From positions 43,338,001 through 43,402,000 of the forward strand of contig OZ024746.1 in assembly GCA_964016885.1 (NCBI GenBank): 64,000 nucleotides of DNA, given 5' to 3'. Position 1 is the first letter of the stretch. The number at the start of each line of letters is the position of its first letter. The notes beneath the pieces are model-generated. The model made no database searches and was not told the DNA's origin. It was given only the letters and a program-made list of their open reading frames with translations. Source of the stretch: Eledone cirrhosa (taxonomy: Eukaryota). Below, piece by piece: positions 13,326-27,352 of the stretch. A program made the position numbers and the translations under genes.

Positions 13326-13380
<55 letters not shown>

Positions 13381-13721
13381 CTGCATCAAACATAATTTAT
13401 ATACTATTACATTTATATATATATCTAATCAATGGGCGTACAACACTGTTTAATCTAAACGAAAATAAAGTAAGAAGCACGGGACTGCATATAGTTTATA
13501 ATTTTTTATCCCCTTAGTAAAGTAAGTTGGATTACTTTGAATAAATAATGAATGGATATTATAATTTATCTACTAAATTTCGTGGCTGTTCATTAAATAT
13601 ATTTTATTATTTATTTAAAGATTCACTTCTTTAAAATTTTCAAATGTCAACACTTCTGGTTAGCGATCGTTTAAATAAATATTCATATATTTCTGTCACT
13701 AATTTTCTCCTAATGCAGTTT

Positions 13722-14102
13722 ATATATAATATCGTCTTTTTTTAATGTATAATGGATTACGTTACTGATTACATAAGACAGTGTAACACAGACTTCGTTC
13801 AGTTTCTGTGTATATTGTCAATTACGATTTTATTTGATCATATCTACTTGCGTATAATATCAATATACACACTACACATGCTAGCAGATATATAATATCG
13901 TATTTTTTTTTATGTATCATGGATTACGTTACTGATTACAGAAGACAGTGTAACACAGTTTTCGTTCAATTTCTGTATTTATTGTCAGTTACGGTTTTAT
14001 TTGATGTATCATATCTACATGCATATATACTTGTGTATAATATCAATATATACACTATACATGCTATTAGAAAACCACCCGAAGGGTTGTTTTTCAGCTC
14101 GT
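13722..14102 (+). mobile_element. Non-autonomous Helitron 3' terminus, tandemly duplicated, inverted relative to the 8764 end
   Basis: Two units matching the reverse complement of 8764-8930; the second ends agaaaaccacccgaagggttgtttttcagctcg followed by t. Confidence 0.8.
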
Positions 14103-14559
14103 TATATTAAATGAGTTTTAAAAAAAAGAGTTAATAAATAAATAAAATGTTATACTTGTTTTACCCTCCCATTTCCAATTAAACTGAACTCTATCATGAC
14201 GGTATGTGTGTATTTGTGTAAATGTATGTATGTTTGTGTGAAAGTATGTGTATTTGTGTGAATTATGTCCGTGAGTGTGTATTTTTATAAGTTTGTGTTT
14301 GCGCCATTATAGTTAAATACTCATACATATAGATGTATGTATGTGCACACTCGTGGACATTAGTGTGTAGAAAATCATAATCTCTCTATCTCTCTCATCA
14401 CACTCTCTCTTTCTATATATATTGTAGTTGAAGTGGTGGTGGTGGCAACGATATACCGGAAGTGAAACTTTGAAAAGAAGTCAATTTTAGATTATTTATT
14501 TTTACGAAATTATTTGTTTACGAAATTTAGCACATAAATTATGTAATATTCATTCATTA

Positions 14560-14648
14560 TTGCCTTTCATCCTTACGGGGTCGATAAAATAAAGTACCAG
14601 TAATGTACTGGGTTTTGCTGGCCTTGTGCCTAAAATAGAAACAATTAT
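14560..14648 (+). mobile_element. SINE family B, 3' half
   Basis: tgcctttcatccttacggggtcgataaaataaagtaccag...agaaacaatt. Confidence 0.85.
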
Positions 14649-15704
14649 TTATTCAAAGTAATCCTACTTATTTTACTAACTGGATTAAAAGAAATAAATT
14701 GTATGCAATCTCGAAGCCCTTGCTTTATTATAGTTTAGATAAGAATGTGTGTGTGTGCATACATATATAAAACAAAAACAAATGTATTTCTTTTAGTATA
14801 GAGAAATAAAAAGAAACTGTATCATATATAAATTCATACATTATTTAAAGTGTATCTGTGGTTACTATGACTCAGTTTTATTTTAAAAAGGAATTCAAGC
14901 ATTATATTCTCCACTGCAGCTATCATCAGTACCTTCAATCTCATACAAATATGTTGAGTGACAAAACTGACAAAATTAATATATCCCACAGGGATCAATG
15001 TACTGCACCCAATACAGTCAAATATTACATAAAAGCAAGTGCAGTTAGGCTTCAAAACAGATTGAAGGATGGCTTATGCAGGCAAATGTTCCAGAGTGTT
15101 CCATTAATGAACTTTATGTCATTTTTCTGTGGCAGCATGGCTGACAAGAGATCAAAATCAACAACAAAGTATATTCAATAAAAATATTAACAATAACAAT
15201 AGTCTCCTTAAGTTTGAAGTCCACCATTTCTAACAACTGAACTAACATTTTAAAACCACTTTCATTTTCTTTAACATAGAAAATACAGTTGAGAAAATAT
15301 ATGGCCTCCTAAAGAGTTTCAGAGCAATTTATATTTCATATTATTTCACATAAAAATGCACATGCTATTAAATTGTCATAGAAAAACTAATTTTTTTCAA
15401 TAAATTCATTTTATTTTGATTGAATTTAACGAATTTAATAGTTAACAGATTTAAATATAAATAATATATATGCATACATACAACCAGTAATACAAATATT
15501 AAAATAATCTGAAAATATTTGTAGATATAACCAAACATTTGAACATTCAAAAAATAGTATGAAGACAGCCACTGATGTATGTATCACGAAAAAGTATATG
15601 CAATTAAATAAATGGAAATAAGAAAAGTTCCTACAATGATATATGATTATTTATATTGATTTACACTGCAATAAAATGAATTCTCATATTGGAAGCAGAA
15701 TACT

Positions 15705-15735
<31 letters not shown>

Positions 15736-15919
15736 CCACTGACTTTGTTATCCAAACTCACACTTTATTTATAAGTATATTATATACCACTCATATTAAT
15801 AGACCTGCTATGCTGTGAAATGCATTGTTTCTGCAAGACATAAACAAATAACTCTTTTTGCTTTAAAAGTTATTGATATGGTTTCGTATGTTGCAAACTA
15901 ATATTAACACACACTCAAT

Positions 15920-16065
15920 GGACTTCTTTAGAGTTTCTATCTCCCAAATGAACTTGCAGAAAGTTGGACAGTCCTTGGCTATGGCACAAGACACTTGCCC
16001 AAGTTGCCATGTAGTGAATTCGAACCAAGAACCACGTGATTGTGAAATGAATTTATTAACCACAA
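15920..16065 (-). mobile_element. Degenerate CORE-like SINE
   Basis: acaagacacttgcccaag (CORE-like) and attcgaacc (box B reversed). Confidence 0.5.
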
Positions 16066-17086
16066 GTACTATATATTCTAATTGAAATTTACTCCAAAAT
16101 ATGACAAATAAATACTGTAAATTACTACAAAGAATATATAACAATATTATGAAATGATTAAATGAATATTTGCTAACATTGAGATGAGAATGTATATTTT
16201 ACAATTGTTTACAATTTGACAGATCCAGTAGATTTAAGTAGCAGCAACATAAATACTTGAGGTCATTTAGCAGTCCAAATTAAAATCTTTCAAAAGGTTC
16301 TGAGATCATTTATAGAAAGTTTTTTTAAGAGAGAAAGAGATTATTGCATTGCAGTTAAAATTCAAAAGAATACATGTCAAATGTATTTGATAATTAAATT
16401 TATGTGAAACCTATCAAGATAAAGAAAGAATATTTTGTTTCTAAAACACAGTCACTTGAAGTGAACATTTCCTTTTGATTCTATTCATTTTAAAACATTT
16501 AACTTGTGAATGCAAGCATATTTTTTTCCTCATGTTGTTAGTTTTATAGTTTCTATTAATAAATTATGCATCCTTTTCTTGCAAAGTACTTTTAGTATTA
16601 ATAAATCTCATCAGTTGGATGCAATAAGTTCATGGCAAACCAAATTTCCAGCATTGATTTTCCTTTGGAATCCCATGATAGCTAAGGACAAAGAGGAAAA
16701 TATAAACACTATATTTCAATTCCCTCTCATACTTATTAAGAATTTTACGAATATATTTTTTTAATTCTGAAATAATTATTTTTGTAAGAAAGTCTCATTT
16801 GACAGTTTTTTAATGTTAAGATAATATACTGTATTTGCTTATATTCTTGATATGTCCAACAATGAATAACGAACAACAGTGTTAGAAGTAACAGCTGCAG
16901 TTTTTCCCATCCGCCACTTCACTCCTTATACACAAAAACAGTTTTCATGCTATCTACAAGCTGTTACAGCAATATGGGACACCCAGAAGAAATTGCTGGA
17001 GAAGATAAACTGGAGCATGAATAGTGGGAGTTGATAAAATGTGATTTGTATTCCTTGAAATTCGTAATATCACCAAATATCATAAT

Positions 17087-17273
17087 TGTTTCTACTTTTG
17101 GCACAAGGCCAGCAATTACCCAGTGCATTACTGGTACTTTATTTAATCGACCCCGTAAGGATGAAAGTCAAAGTTAACCTTGGCGGGATTTCAACTCAGA
17201 ATGGCAAGGGCCGTAACTCTATGCTGCAAAGTATGGCGTCCGACCCTCTACCGATACTATCAATCCACCTGCC
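17087..17273 (-). mobile_element. SINE family B, full length, 22-bp TSD
   Basis: TSD taatatcaccaaatatcataat at 17065-17086 and 17274-17295. Confidence 0.92.
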
Positions 17274-18239
17274 TAATATCACCAAATATCATAATGGCTC
17301 TTAGATTGCCTATTTGATTTCTATATTCTTTATTGATGGAAAAACGTATACATTTGACAGGAGCAGCTGATATTAGCAGTAGTTTGTGATATAGACTGTG
17401 AAATGAAATTCCTAAATTACATGCAGTCCATTTTTTTTTTTTCTTCACAACATTAATTCACTTGGTTTTGGTAGCACTAATATTCTGACTTTACCAATCA
17501 AATATCATAAGTCTAGAATACTTAGACAGAAATAAAAATCTATGACGAATAAAATTAAACTTATAGACAGATATTTAGATTACAAACTTGTAATAGTCTG
17601 AAGTGTTCAAAAATCAAATTGGAAGCTTGATTAAAATAATGCAATATTTGCAATCAGTTGATTTAACTTACCATAAAATAACATTTACTTTGCTCTCAGC
17701 TAAAAAACCAATTATATTTTATAATGTACTTTTTAATAATAAATTGTCATGCAATGTCAAAAAAAAAAAAATGTATATATATATATATATATTTTATATT
17801 ATGTTATTTTTTGTTTAATCAATTATAGCTTAGAAGACAATACCCTGTAGTTGCTAACTCCATCATCAATATACATAGTTGTAAATTGTTTTCTTTTTAA
17901 TTTAATCTATAGATATATGATATAAACTGAAAATAGAGTTAAAATAGAAATTGATGATTCAGAGTAATATTAATAATATTTGAAGAACATAATGTGGCAG
18001 CTAATTTTTAAGTAAAGTTAATTTGTAAAAAATAAAATAAGCATTAAATGAAATTTTCCTAAAGATAACTGAAATGAAAAATTATTCAAACTATACAACA
18101 GTTGTGTTAAACTATTTCATATTAATCAAATTAAATTGTAAGTCAATTTCATAAAAAAGAAATCGAAGAAGTAACATTAATAAAATATAGGAAAAATAAG
18201 TAAATGAATAGAAAGAAAAATAAATACTTGAGACCTTAA

Positions 18240-18410
18240 CCCTTTAGCATTTACATTACTCTATATTTACTATTGTACAATATTTTTTATGTGGCTTTGG
18301 TGACATTGTTTATTCTGAGAAAGATATCTTAATGTTGGTATGACCAGTTGGTTAGGCAGATTTGAACAGAAAATAGGAAGAGAATTTTGGCTGGTTTAAA
18401 TGCTACCTAC
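18240..18410. mobile_element. Degenerate piggyBac-type MITE
   Basis: TTAA then ccctttagcattta, the same TIR as the 29751 element; decayed right end tttaaatgcta at ~18395-18405. Confidence 0.45.
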
Positions 18411-20367
18411 ATTACAACAAAATATGTGTAATATATATTTACGAAATAATAGCTGTGAATATATAACAGGTATGATAACATCGTGTAGATAACATCAGAG
18501 TTATTTCTCTTAACATTTACCAAATACCTGGATTTATCTAATAATTATTTTTTCCAGCCTGCTGCTCACCTTACTGAGGTGTCAGATGATGCCTGTGAGG
18601 GTGCTTTGTTATTTCAGGGCCTTAGCCTTGCCATCACCTACTGTAATGCTGTGGGCATGTTGGCTTGTCTCAAAGTGCTTAGATAATCCCTAAGATGTGA
18701 GTTGCAGCCGATTGTCGCACTTGGTGGTGAATTGCTCCCCCCTCTTTTTTCCTTTATCTTTATTGTTCAATGAGTTATATAAATGCTATTTTCATTTACC
18801 ATAATATTTCTAAATTCCTTGGGCACAAAAGAAATAAATTTCTTTTTCTAGGACATTTGAGGTTTTGTTATCCTGACCATTCTTAAAATAACCAAATATT
18901 GTCTTAGCAATAAAAGTAGCACCAAATTAAAAAGTGATTAAAAGTAATATGAAGGTTTCCACACACAAATTACTACTTCACAAGGAAACCAATCATTCAT
19001 ATCAATGCATCAACAGAAATGAAAACCAAAATAGAGGGTTTGTATTTCACATCAAAATACAAATTAGCACATTGAATGAAAAAAGGTGCATTCCTATCAC
19101 TAACAGTTATGTGATATTACTAAATAATTGCAGATATTTTTGCATGTTAAGCACAGAATGATTTTATAAAAGAAAATATAAAATATCTGCATTTGGAATA
19201 AAAAATAAAATAAAAATAAAAGAACAAAAAATGGATACACAAACAAACAATGCATCAGAATCATATATTTCAAGCAGAAAATACTTGAGCTTGAATGTTA
19301 TAAAATTTGATTTATTGCAATTACTATTAGAACCTAAGTATATATTTAAAATCACATGAAAAATGCATTGTTATAAGGATAGGGGAAAGACGAAAAGAAA
19401 GCATTTATCAATTTTCCTATATAAATATACCTTTCAGAAAAGTTTTGCCTTTAATTGATTCAACATACAAAATGTAATCTGAATTGATAAATGGTTTAAC
19501 TGTGCTAATTAATAACAGAAAAATACATTAGAAAGTATTTAATATTAATCTTATATAAAAGAAAGCCAAATTTATACACTGCCAAAATATTCTTTAAAAC
19601 AAAATCGATGTAAAGAAATCTGTAATAGTTTTAATATACGGTAAAATGATTTGGAAAAAACATTGCCAGATTCTCAAAGCTCTTGTTTTCTATTCTGGTT
19701 AGATTGATCTTTTATGTGGTAACACAAATACAGATACGTTTCTACTTAGAAATAAACACATTATTGAATATATAAATCTCACTTTTTAATACCATACATG
19801 CTATTGTCATTATGTGAATTATATTCTGAAGAACACTAAGTTTCATTATAGGAAAAACTACACCTAAATGGATGCAGTTCATGCAAAGATTTGTTGGTGG
19901 AGCATAACCATGAAGTTTCTCCAATATAATATTACGATTACTTTATGCTTTCTACTGAAACAGATGTTTTCAATAATGAACTAGTATTTATTAAAGAAAA
20001 ATATATTGGTGTTTTTATTTAGTACAGTTTAGTTTGAGACAACAATCATTATTTTTTGTGCTGTTATATTATGGCTGGTAGGCTCATTACAATGATTTAA
20101 TATAAGAAGACAAACATTAACATAAATGTAGAATATAATGACATATGTCCAGCGTGCAAATTTGGCTACATACAAATATATTATGATAGATACAATAAAG
20201 AAGACATTCAGCATGTACTATTATATTCCAGTATCCTATGTTTTGTTGTGTATTTTAGATGCAACCTTTCAAGGATCCTTTAAAGCAATCAAGCATAATT
20301 TGTTTTAGTGTTGGTGGATGTGTTATACATCAGTTATAATGTTGGTCATTCTGAATATACAATTAAT

Positions 20368-20546
20368 TGTTTCTACTTTTGGCACAAGGCCAGCAATTAC
20401 CCAGTACATTACTGGTACTTTATTTTATCGACCCCGTAAGGATGAAAGGCAAAGTTAACCTCGGCGGGAGGTAAATACTGTAAAGGGACGTAACTATGCT
20501 GGAAAGCATGGCGTCCGACTCTCTACTGATACTGCCAATCCACCGC
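20368..20546 (-). mobile_element. SINE family B, with a small internal deletion
   Basis: Family match; TSD acaattaat at 20359-20367 and 20547-20555. Confidence 0.88.
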
Positions 20547-20759
20547 ACAATTAATATTTCTTAATTTATATTGAGTTAGTGATATATAGACAGTGGTTGG
20601 CCAGTTTTCCATGCCAGCAGTGACATATGAAGCAGGAAAATGGGAAATGACTAGAAACATGGAACAGAAACTTAGAACAATACACAGTATTGTATAGAAA
20701 GAGGAATGTTAGGAATCATTAAAAAAACAGAAATGCTTATCAATGGATAAGGAAGTAAA

Positions 20760-20860
20760 TATTATAAAACTTATTAACAAAAGAAAATTGAGATGGGCTA
20801 GGAATGTGGCACAAACAAATGACAACAGATGGACAAAGCTGGATACAGAATCAGACTAAA
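20760..20860 (+). mobile_element. Old RTE-like LINE C-terminal remnant
   Basis: Translates KRKLRWARNVAQTNDNRWTK, resembling the RTE motif LRWAGHVAR..DxRW. Confidence 0.5.
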
Positions 20861-21399
20861 AGGGACAGATTCTGTCAGTCGAGAAATACAGGAGATAAAA
20901 TAGTAATGGCACTGATATGTTTATGGGCAGTACATGGATGAGAGAAACACAATAGGCTCAATTGGTTGCAGCTTGGGATTGCCTTCACCTTACAGTCGGC
21001 AGATAATGGCTGAGAGCGATGATAATACTTATGTATTTTTATATTATTGTATTTAATTTTGTATAATATCATGAGTGATGTCATCTTCTTGATTTATGAA
21101 GAAAAACAATAACATAAAAGGAATGAGTAAGAATTTACAAATTGCCTGCTTTCCTTTTCAGCACTTTACCTGTGAAGTATTTATCCATGTATATTTTAGA
21201 GATTGTTTGCTATATATGTTTAGATATTTGCACAAGCACCAACACTCTCCAAAAAAGAAGCTATTGCTAATAATACTATGATGTCTAATCATCTCTTTAC
21301 TATGGTACAAATAATTAAATGGAATATTTTTTTTATGCCGTGAGGATAAAGAGAGGACAAATTTACTAAGATTCTACTGTATGAGTTTATTATTGAAGT

Positions 21400-21525
21400 A
21401 GTATGGCAATCAAATTGTACTAGATCATGGAAACAGTTTCATTCCTGGAACTGCATCTCTCTGGAACAAACTGCTTAGGGATTGCTTTCCTTTTAGCTAA
21501 AACATTGACCTTTTTAAGTCAATAA
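21400..21525 (+). mobile_element. Old CR1/Jockey-group LINE 3' remnant
   Basis: Translates SFIPGTASLWNKL..DCFP...DLFKS, resembling the SFFPRT..LWN.LP...FK terminus. Confidence 0.45.
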
Positions 21526-22049
21526 GCACTTCTCCATGACATTCCATTCAAACTGCCAGTTCATTTGCCATTTTATGCATTTATAATCACTCTTCCATTT
21601 TCCCTCATTATGCTTTTTTCCATGTTCATCCTCTCATATAATCCAAAACCTAGAGTAGCTTTAAAGCTTTGTTTTTGGTGACCTTTAATACATAAGCAAA
21701 GAATAATAATAGTTCTTTAACTTCAGCTATAACCACTCTACTGCACCATTATTGTAACAAAAATTTGCAGTAAGAAATACAATGCATGTAAACTATACAT
21801 AAAGTATGTTGAAAATCTTTTTTAAAAAATTAGGAAAAATAAAAACAATAATATTGGCATAAAAAAGTGAGCTTGTTATTCAGAAATCTACAAAATTCTT
21901 TACCTTCCTTATAATAGAGAGCATGGTATAAAAATAAAAAAGATGGGGCTGTGAGTGAGAAACAGAAAATTCTGTTACCTAACAGTCAGTTGTATGTAAA
22001 TGACGGAGAAAGGAAGATAGAGAAAAAGACTAACTAATTGAAGGGTAAT

Positions 22050-22241
22050 GCAACAGTGAATTGGCAGTATCGGTAGAGGGTCGGACGCCATGCTTTGACA
22101 CATAGAGTTACAGCCCTTGCTATTCTGAGTTCAAATCCAGCCGAGGTTAACTTTGCCTTTCATCCTTACGGGGTCGATAAAATAAAGTACCAGTAATGCA
22201 CTGGGTAATTGCTGGCCTTGTACCAAAAGTAGAAACAATTA
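22050..22241 (+). mobile_element. SINE family B, near full length
   Basis: gtgaattggcagtatcggtagagggtcggacgcc...gagttcaaatcc...agaaacaatt. Confidence 0.88.
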
Positions 22242-23007
22242 TTAGGGGACTGTTCAACTCAACATTGCTACCCCGGTGATGGAGGTATGGATCAAATGGA
22301 GGAGCATTCACAGCTGTGTTGGTGCCATGACTTAGGCTTCAAAACATTCCAGCAGAAAATCTTTAGTTAAGATGGATGTGAACTGATTTGCAAAATTTAC
22401 AACCGAATGCAAAACAAAAATTGAGAAAATAATTTTAATACAAATAGATACAAAACAACATTACACCAATACAGTGTACATTAAAAATGAACCAAATAAC
22501 CTTATATTCAAGGCATTATTTCAGTAGAACATTTGTTTTCTCATAAATAACTCATTCAAGCAGAAAAAACAATAATTTTGAGGATATAACAACAATTGAT
22601 ACAATAACAAAATTCTCAATCATAAAGTCACACAAAACAGAAATGTTTTGTTAATCAATAAGTGTAACCCAAGATGTTTGTTCAAGTAATTGGTCAATCA
22701 CTGACACATAGTCAGGATCCCAATTGATAATAGTCATTAAAAAGTCTTCTTATTCAAATAATTCATATATAGACTAAATAATCATTCTTTTCCTGTCCCC
22801 AAAATATGTCAGGAATCATAATGTCAGATTATGCCTATGACATTTTGGTGTCTAAAATATTATTTTTTCTAGTTGAAAATAATCATATGTAACTAAATAT
22901 ATATTTAGAAACAGTTTTTAATTAATACATGTATATATTTTAGATTGATTAAAACTTTCATTGAATGTTTAAAATTATGTATGTGTGTGTGTGTGTATAT
23001 ATATATA

Positions 23008-23072
<65 letters not shown>

Positions 23073-23224
23073 CACCTTCACCTCCCCTCACTTTTCCATG
23101 CACTTTTCCATGAGCAGAGGCTGAAGCATACATCTAGTGTGTTCCATCCCACCCCCTTCCACTTACCTCCCACATCCCTAAATCCCCTCATCCCAAAGCC
23201 CCACACACCTCTCCCATTAGTTCC

Positions 23225-23541
23225 CAACCCACACTGTAAAGTGCTTGTAATGGTGACATAACAAAAAGCGCCCAGACCACACTGTACAGTGGTCATGTAG
23301 GTGTCGTGACACGAAGCACCCAGCCCACACTGCAAAGTCGTTGTGTATGTATCCTGACAAAAAGCACCAAGTTCTCATTGTAAATGTGGTTGGCATTAGA
23401 AAAGGCATCCAAAACAAGCCAAAATCAGTTCTGTATGTGCAAGACATGGTCACCTGACCCAGCATTCCTCACAACAGGACAACTCATCTTACCCATGCTA
23501 GTGTAGAAAAACGGACGTTAAACAGTGATGATGATGATGAT
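23225..23541 (+). mobile_element. SINE family A 3' part with ~4 internal ~45-bp repeats
   Basis: Repeated cccacactgtaaagtgg...aaaagcacccag units; tail gaaaacggacgttaaacagtgatgatgatg. Confidence 0.75.
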
Positions 23542-23659
23542 AATGATATATATTTTCTCATTTAAACCGAACCGATGATCCGTTTGTGGTGAAAGAGAAT
23601 GTTCTCGGCAATGTTGGGGGAACTACTTTTACATATATATATATATGATTTATAGTCGT

Positions 23660-25822
23660 ATGACATATATGATAACTGGAATTTCTTATGTGACAACTTA
23701 CTGCAGGCTACTGAAAAAACTTGTGACTGGAGCAGAGCTCCAACCAGACAGATAGTAACCTGGTGGTGGAACAGCATGGTAGATAGGGCCATTAGAGACA
23801 AAAGACTAGCATGGAATGCTTGGAAAAATGGTGGGAGTAGAGAAGGATATACAGCCGCTAAGAGAGAAGCTAGACATCAGGTGTACTTAGCATTCAGGGA
23901 AGTTGAGTGTAGGAGGTTTGCCAATGTTCTGCGACGGGAAGATCAGAGATGTGCGGTATTCCGCATTGCAGGGTAGTGTGTCAGCAGTGCAAATGAGGAT
24001 GTTGTTGGAGATAAGTGTGTCCGGAATGATGCTGGTGTACTTAGTGTCACATATGATCAGAAAAAGGAATCCTGGAAATGTCATTATGAGAGAGTGATGA
24101 ATGTGGAGAACGAATGGGAGAGAGAGAAATTACCCCAGTAGATCCGACAGAGGGACCAGCTATTGAAATTGACAAATATAGGGTCCAAGAGGTGATTAAG
24201 GAAATGAAAAATGGTAAGACTGTTGGGAATAGTTGCTGAGATGCTGAAGGCATCAGGGGACGTAGGCACTAAACTGGTTGCATGCATCATCAATCAGGCT
24301 ATATATGATGGTGTCATACCCCAAAACTGGTGCAGCAGTATTCTCATAAATTGCTACAAAGGTAAAGGGGATGCACTGGAGAGGAGCAATTATAGGGGCA
24401 TAAAACTGATGGATCAAGTTATGAAAGTGGCAGAAATATAATTGGTGCAACTAATTAGAGAAAGGGTAAAACTAGATGAGATGCAGTTTGGTTTTGTGCC
24501 TGGGAAAAGTACAACAGATGCCCTCTTCTTAATGAGACAACAACAATAGAGGTTCTTAGAGAAGAATAAACCACTATACTTAGTTTTTGTTGACCTTGAG
24601 AAGGCCTTTGATGGGGTACTCTGATCTGTCAGCTGGTGGTCTCTAAGGAAACTAGGTGTTGGGGAATGGCTTGTGAGGACAGTGCAAGCTTTGTACAGAG
24701 GTGCTGTCAGTAAAGTGAGGGTAGGAATGGAATTTAGTGAGGAATTCCAGATACAAGTAGGAGTACATTAGGGTTCAGTCCTCAGCCCGCTCTTGTTCAT
24801 TATAGTCCTCCAAGCCATAATAGAGGAGTTTAAGACTGGCTGCCCATGGAAACTTCTCTATGCTGACAATCTGGTTCTTATAAATTCTGGCTATGGAAAC
24901 AGTAGTTGGAATTAAGAGGACTGAGAGTGAACCTAGCTAAGACAAAGTGTTGATGAGTAGAAAAGAGGACAAAACTCTGATTCCGTCAGGGAAATAGCCA
25001 TGTTCGATATGCAGAAAAGGAACTGGCTTAAATTCTATAAAATGTACACAATGTAGATCTTGGGTATACAAGAGATGTAGTGGGATAGCAGGCAAACTAA
25101 CAGGTAGGGGAACATACGTGTGCAGTAGATGTACAGGGAAATTTGACAGTAGAAGTCGCATTGATAGACACATTTTTCAAATGCAGGTAGGTTCTATAGA
25201 AATGGTTGATAGCTTCCGGTACCTAGATGATCAGATTAACATAGGAGGGGGGCTTTTGAGGTCATAGTATCTAGAATAAGGATGAGTTGGAAGAAGTTTA
25301 GGGAGCTGCTTCCTCTGCTGACGAAGAAGGGTTTCTCCTTGGGTACAAAAGGCCGGCTATATGATGCCTGTGTGAGGAGTGCGATGCTGCATGATTGTGA
25401 GACATGGGCAGCAACTGCAGAGGATATGTGACAGCTGGAGAGAAATGAAGCAAGCATGCTCCATTGGATGTGCAATGTCAATGTACGTGAACAACCGAGC
25501 ATGGATGTGTTGAGAGATAAACTGTGTTTAAGAGGGATAAGTTGTAGTGTGCAGGAGAGAAGACTGCGATGGTATGGACATGGGATACACATGGGGGATG
25601 ACCGCTGGGTAAAGAAGTACCAAGAAATTGCCAGTTGAAGGAAGACACAGTAGAGGAAGACCACGAAAAACATGGGCGGAGGTGGTGAGAGCAAACCTCA
25701 GATCGCTGAATCTCACAGTGCAGATGACGAAGGACTGTGACAAGTGGAGAGATGCTGTGCTGAATAGGACCCATCCCACCCTTGCAAGCAGGGAAAAGCG
25801 GACGTAAAATGATGATGATGAT
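23660..25822 (+). mobile_element. RTE-clade LINE, 5'-truncated, degenerate (PHD remnant at 25001-25132)
   Basis: TWWWN linker, YKGKGDALERSNYRGIKL, QFGF, FVDLEKAFD, GSVLSP, YADN, RRLRWYGH; tail aaaagcggacgtaaa(atg)n; several stops and frameshifts. Confidence 0.93.
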
Positions 25823-26767
25823 ATATATATATATATAGAGATATCTATATGAGAGAGAGGGGGAGTAAGGGAGATGGCTATTATGCTTTCCCCTGCTATA
25901 GGAAAGAAATCACAAGAAAAAAGACCAATCTGCAAATATATTCAGATAGCAGAACAAAGAAATAAATAAGGGTGGGAAGGCATAGAATTTTTGGATATCA
26001 CGTAAATAACTAAACTAACACATTTCAGAAGAGTCTGTAAAATAAATATAAACCAAATAATAATATATTTCTAAAAACTTTTAATATGTATTTAACATAT
26101 GTTACACTCAGTAACAAATGTGCACTAAATGTTAAATGAATATATGTAGAACTGATTTTGTCTTGTAAAATAAACTCTTCCTAATTCTGGTTTAATCATA
26201 AAATTTCTGGTTTAATCATAAAATATCTAACTCTGAAAATAGCATCATAATTTAACAAATTTGGAAATAGATGGGAACTAGCAAAATTAGATAATTGGAG
26301 GAATCTATTTCTAACCAGAAATATATATAAACATTTAAGATACAGTAAATTCATTGAAAACACATTTGTCAAAAAGACATTGATTGAATGCATGTCGGCC
26401 AAAACACAAATGGGTTGAAAGACATATTTATAGATAAACAATTAGTCAAAAGACAAATTGATTGAAAAGCATAGTTGACAACTACACCAAAAGACATATA
26501 CATAGGAAAATATAGAAATACATTGATACATAAGGTCGAGTTTTTTTAAAGAGTTTATAATTCTAAACAAAATTAAATATGTTTTAAATTTATTGTATGG
26601 CTATCTATTTTTTATGAGAATAAATGTAAATATAGATATTTCAAACCTTAATCTTAACAGACATTTTTGTGTATATATATTGCATATCTTTGTTCATTAT
26701 ATATAGCAGTCAATATAGAATAAATATGTGAATGTTCTAACTTTCTTTCTAGTAATAATATTAATAT

Positions 26768-26940
26768 TTGTTTCTACTTTTGGCACAAGGCCATCAATTA
26801 TCCCAGTGTATTACTGGTACTTTATTTTATCAACCCTGTAAGGATGAAAGACAAAGTTAACCTTGGCGGGATTTGAACTCAGATCATAAAGGGAGGTAAC
26901 TCTATGCTTCAAAGCATGGCGTCTGACCCTCTACCGATAA
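26768..26940 (-). mobile_element. SINE family B
   Basis: tgtttctacttttggcacaaggcc...aggatgaaagacaaagttaacc...accctctaccgata. Confidence 0.85.
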
Positions 26941-27217
26941 TGATTTCTAAAATAGGCTCATGTTCATAATAAAAAAACTATATGGGTAAAATTTATTAGA
27001 TGAAACTTGACCAGTACTTCTTTCATTGGCCCATGGAGAAAGCATAGGTTGGACAGGGTACAAGAGTACATTGCATCACAGAAATTGGCAGACACAGGTT
27101 AAAACATGGAGAAATGCTAAACTACAGAACCATTTAACTCATGAGATAGAAGAAACATATTTTGTCATGGTGATGGAGATGAATCATGATAGCTGTAACC
27201 AGCTGCTCATACTGACA

Positions 27218-27352
27218 TTAAGGTATTGTTCTCAAAATAAATAATATCAAAATCTCATAGATTCGATATTATGTGAGATAATTACATGAGCTAAAGCCTT
27301 TACTGTGAAAATACAATAGTAAATATAGTGTAATGCAAATGTTGAAGGATTA
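27218..27352 (+). mobile_element. piggyBac-derived MITE fragment
   Basis: Near-identical to 33053-33199; shares tctc..attcga.atta.g.gagataa..taaagcc.ttac with piggyBac subterminal 29860-29930. Confidence 0.6.
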
